A stretch of 64,000 nt of DNA from the human T2T-CHM13v2.0 reference genome, Homo sapiens, in the NCBI RefSeq assembly GCF_009914755.1, contig NC_060926.1, one strand, 5' to 3'. Under the pieces are notes generated by a model. That model was not told the origin of the DNA, did not search any database, and was given only the letters and a program-made list of their open reading frames with translations. Position numbers and translations under genes: made by a program. Of the stretch, positions 41,453 through 64,000 are shown in pieces; within the stretch, counting starts at the first letter, position 1; the number at the start of each line of letters is the position of its first letter.

Positions 41453-41750
41453 CCAGGAAGCTCACTTTTTCTATAAGAGGCCGGACAGAAAATGTTTTAG
41501 GGTTTCCAGGCCATATGGCTTCTGCCACTATTCAATTTTGTGGCTTTACTGCAAAAGCAGCCATGGATAATACCTAATGAATATGACTGTATCTCAATAA
41601 AAGCTTATGCACACCGAAATTTTAATTTCATGTGTCATGAAACAGTATTAATTTTTTTGCAACTATTTAAAAATGTAAAAATCATTCCACACAAAAACAA
41701 GCAATGGGCCAAATTTAAATCAGCCCACTGTCATAGTTAGACAACCACTA
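41453..41750 (+). mobile_element. MER58B-like hAT-Charlie element
   Basis: gcaaaagcagccatggataat...tttaaaaatgtaaaaatcattc...aaaaacaagc motifs as recalled for MER58. Confidence 0.7.
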
Positions 41751-41751
41751 A

Positions 41752-44240
<2,489 letters not shown>

Positions 44241-44576
44241 AAAAGAGCTTCTTAAGGCACTAAATTAATTCCAATGCAAGACCCCAACCAACTTCTTCAC
44301 AAGCTTTTTCAACCAAGGTGCAGAACTGCTCCTCCCTCAACAGCTGCTGTTTTGATCACACAAGCACACCTGTTCAATCTCATTCCCAACTTCCAACCAG
44401 CTTCAGAAGTCATGTCAATCACCTCAAACTTTCTACCCCTCTTTCTCTCTATTATAAAATAAGGGTTCTCCAAAATTATGGAAAGTTACCACCTACCAAC
44501 TCCTGATATAAGAAGTAACATTTCCTTATATATATAGTAGATATATGGATACACAGACAAAAAGCCATCAACAAAA

Positions 44577-45335
44577 TATAAGTTGAAACCACAATGAGAT
44601 GCCACTTTACACGCAGTAGAATGGTTATAATTTTTTTAAAAAAGAAGAAAATCAGTAAGTGTTGGCAAGGATATGGAGAAACTAGAACTCTCATACACTG
44701 CTGGTAGGAATGTAAAATGGTACAGCCACTTTGGAAAACAGTCTGGCAATTCCTCAAAGGTTAAATACAGAGTTATCATATGACCCAACAAGTCCACTCC
44801 CAGGTATATAACTAAGAGAATTAAAAACTTAGATCCACACAAAAACTTGTATGCAAATGTTCATAATAGCATTATTCACAATTGCCAAAAAATGAAAACA
44901 ATCTAAATATCTATCAACTGATTAATGAATAAATAAAATGTGGGCTATCCATACAATGTAATGTCATTTGGCAATAAAAAGCATGAAGTGCTGATACACG
45001 CAACCACATGGATAAACCTTGAAAACATCATGCTGGGTGAAAGAAGCCAGTAGGAAAAGACCACATATTGCATGATTCCATTTATATGAAATGTCCAGAA
45101 TAGGCAAATCTATAAAGACAAAAGTCAATTAGTGCTTCCTAGGGACCAGAGAAGCTGGGAGGAAACGGGAAGTAACTGTTTATGGGTAAGAGGTTTCTTT
45201 TTAGGATGATGAAAATGTTTATCAAATTGATAGTGGTGATGAATATACAACTCTGACTATACTAAAAACCAATGACTGTACATATTAAATAGCTGAATTG
45301 TATGGTATGTAAATAATATCCCCAAAAAGCTGTTA
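44577..45335 (+). mobile_element. L1MB-type 3' end
   Basis: aaaccacaatgagatgccac...gattccatttatatgaaatgtccagaataggcaaatc. Confidence 0.85.
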
Positions 45336-45945
45336 TGTAATTAGGTAAATGTTTACCAAATGAACAGGGACAAATAACCAGGAGAGGAGTGCTGAGTCCC
45401 CTGGGGGCAGTAGAAAGCTTGGGAACAAAACTAGCCAGTATACTCGTGAAAATAGGCTTCAGTGTGCCCTCCATAGCCTGCAAATCTATTTTTAAAAGCC
45501 ACTCAAACATCTGTTAGCTTTTCATGTGACTTCACAACTTCCATCATCCTAGTTATAAACCATTTAAACACAATATCTTACAAATGTACATTTCATTTTT
45601 TTGCAGTTTGGGTAACCCCTATATCATAACTTATACAACAGAAGCTACTACAGAGCTAGTCATATGTATCAAATTTAATTCACTTATTTATTCAACAAAC
45701 ATTATATGCCTACTGTGTGCCAGACAACGTCCTAGTGTGAAGTATGCAAAGATGGCTGAGATGTAAGCCCTACTCTCAAGGAGCTCACACACAGCATGGT
45801 GAACTGAGAGTTATAATGTGAGACTTTGGAGAACACTCTGACTTGTGTTGCTGCAAATGAAATAAGGTCCTAATAAGTGTTATTTCAATGAAGATGATAC
45901 AAAATAATTACAGGGCAGTGATCATCCTCCTGATGAGCAGCCTAC

Positions 45946-46116
45946 CTGTTGACATGCTCCTCCCAGTCCTCTGGTGGAGGAGGGGCATCTGCATCAGTCC
46001 TGGCAAAGATGACATGCCGTTCACACTCATTCATCACGCTGCGTGCCTTCTGATTGTCATAGAGTGGCATAGGCGTTGATGTGACCGTCTCCACATCTAT
46101 TGGGACGTCTGATTCA
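45946..46116 (-). CDS. KANSL3: KANSL3 coding exon 2
   Basis: [11 protein letters not shown]...EDWEEHVNR; 171 nt, AG/GT flanks, phase matches. Confidence 0.96.
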
Positions 46117-46398
46117 CTGTAAACAGGTGAGGAAATAGGACCGGGCCACACATACTTCACAGGTATTTAACAATCATCTGGTTGACAAAAAATGTATCTT
46201 TAATACAGTCAGCTTTAAATTACGCATAAGCACATTATATTCACAAGAAAATTTTGATCCAAAGTCATCTTTCCCACACTTGTCTAGATCTCTGCCCTCT
46301 CAGACATGATGGTATGTACTGGAAGAACACAAAGTCATTTTTTCAATGAGTCTATATAAAAAATGATAAACATCTATTTTTTTTTTAAGATAAATATG

Positions 46399-50678
<4,280 letters not shown>

Positions 50679-51554
50679 TCATTAAGTCTCAATTCCAGGA
50701 GGGGTGACTCTAAAGAAGCCTCTACAAGGGCTCTAACCCCCAACAAAATTAAAACCAGTGCTTAAGGAAAGATTAAACATTAGGTCAGATTAAAAACAAA
50801 CAGACAAAACTCTTCTCCAAAAGTTTACAAAATTATTAAGGACATGATTTGATCACCATAACGGAATATATCAACACATCATGAAACATAATTAGAATGC
50901 CTTAAAGTGCAAAAGAACTGGCAAACAGGTTTATTTAGACCAAATGTAACTGTATCACTCATCAGGTAGTCAATTTATGAAACTTCCTTACCCTATAACA
51001 TAGGCTGGGTGAAAATATCATTAGACATAAGAAGGGTTTAGATTAACCTATGGATAGCAGCTCTGTAACAAGGGAAGAGAAAAAGCAACGTCTTGGGAAT
51101 TGGCTCCTAACCTTCGTGTGTGAAACCAAGAAAAGCAAAATGCATTACTATAAAAAGGCTATTGTTGCCACTGTCAAGCAACCCAGAGCACTGGACTAAT
51201 GTGATAAAAGAGTCGTATCCTGTGGGTAATCTTTTAAAATCAACTTTTCAGTCTTTTTCTTCACCAGTTAAATAACCCTCTACGATTTTCCCCTTTCCAC
51301 ACGTCCTACTATCTAAGTGGAATAGGTTGTCTGCTTTTCATTTGCACGTCTTGCTTTCCTAACTCTTGTTAGCTGTCTCACAGAGATAGCCACATTCAAG
51401 CCTGCTATCCTTATGCTGCTTAAGAGATGCCTGAATTTAACATCCAAATGCCTCATACAATCTCCCCCAGTCAATCCTGAGAAAATCCTCTCTAAATTCC
51501 CATCTGATCACTGCCCAGTGAGGTTACCAGCAGCCCTTAGAAGCCCCAACTCAC

Positions 51555-51769
51555 ATGGTACTTTCGTGCTGCCGCCGGGGAGTGACAAAGAGCATGCGGG
51601 TGGGGCGGGCACTACTGGCATCTGGGTGGGCACTCCAAGGCTTGGCATAGCTATGATCCAGAAAAACCAGGTCCAGCTCCCGTTCATGCACTGAAAGCTG
51701 GAAGAGCAGCGAGGTGCCCATGCGTCGAGCTGAAGTCTGGAAGTCCCTCTCCCCACCCCGGTGGGCCAT
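51555..51769 (-). CDS. KANSL3: KANSL3 coding exon 1 (exon starts at 51819, 50 nt of 5'UTR)
   Basis: ATG at 51769, [11 protein letters not shown]...RRQHEST; donor GTGAG; acceptor CTGCAG ending at 51820. Confidence 0.96.
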
Positions 51770-52479
51770 GTCAGTGGAGGGGCAGAAAGTCAGAGCATGG
51801 GTATCTGCATGCTAGTCACCTGCAGTGAAAAGTTTCAGTTTAGGTCAATTCCAATATCCTAAATTTCTCCCAATCTACACCATCTAACATGCTTACTTTT
51901 GTAACCTACTATCATTCCTATTGAGTATCCATTTCACGGCAGACCTCTGGTGGGGACGGTTCGTGGAATCCCACACCAACACCAAAAAAAAAGAAAAAAA
52001 AAACTATGGTGCCACGAGTTGTCCCATACTCAACCTCTAGCGAACTGAAATTACCTAACGGGAGAGCTCACCGACCCCAAGGTTCAGAAAGACCTCGCGT
52101 GGACAGACAGTAAACTTGCTTGGCCAGCACCACTTCCTAGGTGGGCAGGAAGGGTTTTGACAAACAGGAAATCACAAATATGAATTCGTTGAAAGCTAAG
52201 GATCTCTGTTGCTTCACACCATCCTCTAACGACAATGCGAAGGGAGCCGGGGCCGCAGCTAGAGCGTGGGCACCCCTAAAGGGCAGGGCAACGCCGGCCT
52301 CAAAAAAGCGAATCCCAGCTAGGGCTCCACTTCTTCAAGCCTCTCGTATTGTGCGAAACAAAAGTTCTGTTAAGTACTTCGTAATATTCCAGAGTTGTTT
52401 ACATAAAAATGAAAACTGCCCCCCCAACAAAGCCTGTGACAAAATGATCCCCGTGGAAGCCCTTTCACCCTCACCCCCA

Positions 52480-53290
52480 GTGAGGCGTCCCTAGCAAACC
52501 GCCCAGGACCCCGGCTGCCCCGCAGGCGTTCCCGCCACTGAGCCTCCACACGGCCCATCTAGGAGACAGGGCTATGACTCGCATTTTACAGACGAAGTCG
52601 CCAGCTCGGGGAACTGAAGCGATTTGGCCAAGGTCATCCAGAGTTCGCGACGAGGAGGAGCCGCCTGGCCCCCGCCTCCCGCCTCCCGCTCCCTGGGGCA
52701 GGGCTCGGCGTCCGCGTCACGGAGGCCCAGACGCGGCCCCTGCCAGCCCGCCCCCGGCCCGACCCGCCCCGCCCGACCAGCACCGGCAGCCGGCCCTAGC
52801 CCGGGCCCCCGCATGCCCCGGGAGCCCTGAAGCCCTCGCCGAGACCCCCGGCCGTCCCAACCACGGCCGCGATCCCCACGGCCCGCCACTCCCCTCGAAG
52901 CCAACGCTGCTCTCACCCGCGGTCTTACGGCCGCGCGCTCGGCCACGGCCGGATCCCTAAGCGCGTGCGCGTTAACGCCTCCACGCCCCGGCGCTGCGGG
53001 CACCGAGTAAAACGCGGAAGCGGGTTACGGCCTGGGAAGGGAGAGGCGGTGAGCGGCAAAGCCCGGAACGGATGAAGCTCCGGCGCCTCTGTCCGGAAGA
53101 GGAGAGCCAAGAACACGCGAGCATGTCCGAAGCAGAAAGTCAACAACTAGGCTGGAGTTTCCCCCTCGCGCATATTCAGTAGGGAAAGCGAGGGCGGAGG
53201 ACTAGGCTGGCTTCTACGGCCCCAGTTCTCGCCACCCCCACCGTGTTGGTCCTTTGTGCCCTCTGGGCGGTCGAGCACCCAACGGTCCAC
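52480..53290. promoter_or_regulatory. KANSL3: CpG-island promoter and non-coding first exon of KANSL3
   Basis: High GC/CpG; NRF1-like GCGCGTGCGC 52961-52970; ETS/GABP-like GCGGAAG 53014 and CCGGAAG 53093; candidate minus-strand donors CGG|GTGAGA (exon end 52917) and GCC|GTAAGA (52929). Confidence 0.9.
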
Positions 53291-53337
53291 CTCCACCAGG
53301 GCAGCCACCTGAATTTACTCATTAAGAATTTACCTAA

Positions 53338-57253
<3,916 letters not shown>

Positions 57254-57331
57254 CTATACCCTGTTCCTCCTCCCCCTTCTCTTTCCCATTAATTCCTCTC
57301 CAGAACCAAGAACCGCCCACCTTTGTGACAG

Positions 57332-57363
57332 CCTGTCTGTTGCTTAGCAACAGACAGGAAGTG
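57332..57363 (+). promoter_or_regulatory. FER1L5 promoter palindrome with RFX X-box and adjacent ETS core
   Basis: CCTGTCTGTTGCT-T-AGCAACAGACAGG perfect inverted repeat; GTTGCTTAGCAAC core; CAGGAAGTG overlaps the right arm. Confidence 0.65.
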
Positions 57364-57461
57364 GGGCTCCACTCACCCCAGGATCGCTGGGAAAAGTCTT
57401 GGACTGAGGAGCTCCAAAAAGGAAGCTGTGGCGCTGCGTAGGGAAGGAGGGAAGAAAGTAG

Positions 57462-57662
<201 letters not shown>

Positions 57663-57950
57663 TAACACAAAGTGAAGTAGACGTTGTCCAGCTCTCTCAA
57701 AACTTATTGCTATCATTTGATTATGACTTCTCTGCCTCCCACTTTTGCTAGGGAATGGCTATGGAAAAAAGAGAGGACTAGTGCTTCTGGACCTTCTTCC
57801 ATGACCTGGAGCTGTGCCATAAACTAAGGTTTAAAGAGAAAGTCCCTGCTTCCTCAGATTGATGCGGGAGTTTAAAAAGATAATATGTGTATAGCCCTTA
57901 GTACAACTTTTAGTAATAACTGCTTGATCATATTAGTTTCATTTGCATGA

Positions 57951-60931
<2,981 letters not shown>

Positions 60932-60991
60932 GACTTGAAGTTTTCTTAGAGTGTCCTACTTCTCTTTACCCCACTCCAACCCAGACGTTGA

Positions 60992-61174
<183 letters not shown>

Positions 61175-61574
61175 TAGGGAGAGGACGTGCAACCTCACAG
61201 GCTTTCCTCAAGGCTGGGCATCTTGGCCTGGGAGTAGCAGCCTCTGACCCGACAAGGCTGTGAAGGCCACACCTGCCCACGACTGTTCGTGGCCCTTCTC
61301 CCCCACTCCGAGGATGGACCATGGTATGGCCTATCAACCATCCAGCTGGGCCATCTTGATGTTCCTAGAAGCCTGAAGCAGAGTGAAGGCTCCCTGTGCA
61401 TGACTCCCTCTCATCTGCCATCACTCCATGCTGCCCCTCACCCCATTCCTAGTCCCCAAACCCTTAATTCCCAACAGGCCAATGATACTGCAGTTCAAGT
61501 CACAGAAGCCGAGTGGGATGCCCACACCTTGGTGAAAGGTAGCAAACGCCATCTCCTGAGGAAATTAGACATGA

Positions 61575-61790
<216 letters not shown>

Positions 61791-62334
61791 TGAGGCAGAG
61801 AGAGGCAGGAGGAGCCTAGCTCCTGACCAACGCAGCAGCAAGTTATGTGATCCTTGTCTCTAATCCATAACTCACTCAGATGAAGGAATGGAACCCACTC
61901 CAGCCAGCTAAAAAGAAAAAAGAGGGGTGGGTACTGAAAGGGTAGCCAGGGCAAGACTGCAAATCAGCTGGGACAGGAACTTGGGAACCCAGCAGCAGCT
62001 CTGTCCATCTGAAGCCACGTATCTCAAATTTCTGCTTCTCTCTGCCCAACCCCGGCTTCTTATCACAGCCTCATCTAGTGCCCAGCTGAGACTCACATGC
62101 CCTGAGACTGAGGCTATGCCATCCCAGGTCAAAATTCCTAAGACAGAGAATCCTATTGGCCCAGCTCTAGCCAGGTGTCCATCCCTGGTCCAATCAACTG
62201 TTACTTGCCTCGGAGCCCCAAGACAGTTCTCAGAGCCAGAAGCCCTGTGCCCTGTCATGGATACCCAGCCCCACTGCATTCTTCTCCAGCCTCTCTCTGA
62301 GGACAGCACAGCCCTGGGAGGAAACCGTCTCTAG

Positions 62335-62691
<357 letters not shown>

Positions 62692-62929
62692 TAGATGAAT
62701 TGACCGCCTTGCATTGGGAGTCAACCACTGTGCCAGGCCCTGTGGTACAAAATTGCCTTAAGCCCATGGTCTGTTGGAGTAGGCTCCACTCACAGTGACA
62801 GGCGCTCCAGCACCCGTGAGACAAGGTTCAGTAAAGCAAGGCCACTGGCTCAGGTCAGGAGGGAGTGAACAATTTGTCTCAGGAGGTCATGGACAGATTT
62901 ACAGAGGGGGTGATGTTTAAGACATTGGA

Positions 62930-63445
62930 AATGTAGGGAGACCATCCAAATGAGAACAAGCAAAGGCTATTTTTTCAGAGCTTGTGCTAGCAAGGGACTC
63001 GGTCATCGTCATTTGTGTTTTGGCAGAGACTCAGAGGCAGCCAGGGGAGCGGGAGAGCTTCACAGTGGAAAGAAGGGAAGGCTGCAGATGTGCCCTGATT
63101 GGAGGCTACGGGGGAGCCCAAGGCGGGCCTCCCATGTGATTGGTTAGAGGGGCATGTTTGGCTCTCTCTGGTTGGTCCTAAGTTGGAAGTGGGGACAAAA
63201 ATTAAGGCAGCTGCCAGTTATTAATCAAGGCCTGGCCATTTGGAGCTGATTGTTATTGTTTGGCTTCCTGGATTATTGCTAGAGACAGCAGTCTGACCTC
63301 CTACAAGTCTGACTTAGAGCAGGCTGGCTTCCTGGGCTGGTTACTGTAGATAACAGGTTGGTTCCCTGGGCTGGTTGCTGCAGATGGTGGATCTGAGTCT
63401 TATTTTCTATGTGGTTTGGCCATTGTCCATTTGTATGCAGACAGT
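62930..63445 (-). mobile_element. ERVL-type solo LTR (MER76-like)
   Basis: CCAAT boxes (gattgg) and the ggtcctaagttggaagtggggacaaaaatta motif, recalled from MER76; subfamily uncertain. Confidence 0.55.
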
Positions 63446-64000
63446 CTGTGACTTACAATGGATGGACACACAATATTGTTGACTTACAATGCGTTTATCG
63501 GGATGTGATCCCATCATAAAGTCAAGGCACATTCAGTCTGTCAGTTGAGTTGTAAGAAGAGGCTTGAGTTTTCCCAATGGACAGGAGTGGAAGACCAGCC
63601 CAGGCAGGGGCATAAAGTGGGTGGAGCAGGAGGCAGGGTGAGGGAGGGTGTACTGCACTTTTGTCACACGGTGGGGGGGTGGGGTGGAGGTGGGAGAGCT
63701 TAGGTTGCATAAGTGACCAAGGGCTAGAGGTCAAGGGCCTTGTGGTCCACGCTGGTGAATTGTGACTTAACTTTGATCATTTAGACACTTGGGGTGTTCA
63801 GGGGGCCATCCTGGTGATGGTCTGGAGGCTGGGATGGTAATGGGAGCATATGAAGGAAGGAGCTCAGTTAGAAGGGAGGAGTGTGCAGGGCCTCCCACAT
63901 GAGTTCATGAGATGTTGGGCTAGGGGAAGAGCTGCTAGCATCTGTGTTCTGGGCTCAAGTCACCTCTCCCTCTCCTCCCCACCCTCCTGCATCCTTTTCT

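Noticed and set aside
41453-41570. Continuation of ORF 41379-41570 as part of the nested relic
   Set aside because: This part lies in a MER58B-like transposon, so the open frame there is incidental.
52572-53003. 143-aa and 128-aa Gly/Arg/Pro-rich ORFs
   Set aside because: Expected stop-codon depletion in a CpG island; no recognisable protein.
61908-62334. Overlapping 133-aa and 135-aa ORFs in FER1L5 intron 3
   Set aside because: The sequence looks like an MLT1-type LTR remnant and is not needed for the FER1L5 frame.

Overview
Human (primate) genomic DNA. The gene content matches the KANSL3/FER1L5 locus, which I recall as 2q11.2. The minus strand carries the complete KANSL3 gene: CpG-island promoter at ~52.5-53.3 kb, 21 coding exons that I traced through GT-AG boundaries to 2715 nt (904 aa + stop), and a 3' UTR reaching ~7.8 kb. 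Head-to-head on the plus strand are the first four coding exons of FER1L5 (N-terminal C2 domain). Most of the rest is Alu, L1, L2, MIR, DNA-transposon and LTR repeat, and most ORFs in the track are Alu/L1 artefacts. The main unexplained signal is a chain of about 11 plus-strand exon-like segments (~37.85-42.9 kb) nested antisense in a KANSL3 intron. They have mostly canonical splice sites, a core of five segments that splices into one frame, and a terminal AATAAA. Their conceptual translation resembles LRRC37-family proteins as I recall them, so this is a candidate unprocessed pseudogene that still needs a database search. Other points: a perfect 27-bp palindrome centred on an RFX X-box in the FER1L5 promoter, candidate poison exons and a uORF in KANSL3, and a second exon-like relic at ~6.24-6.52 kb.
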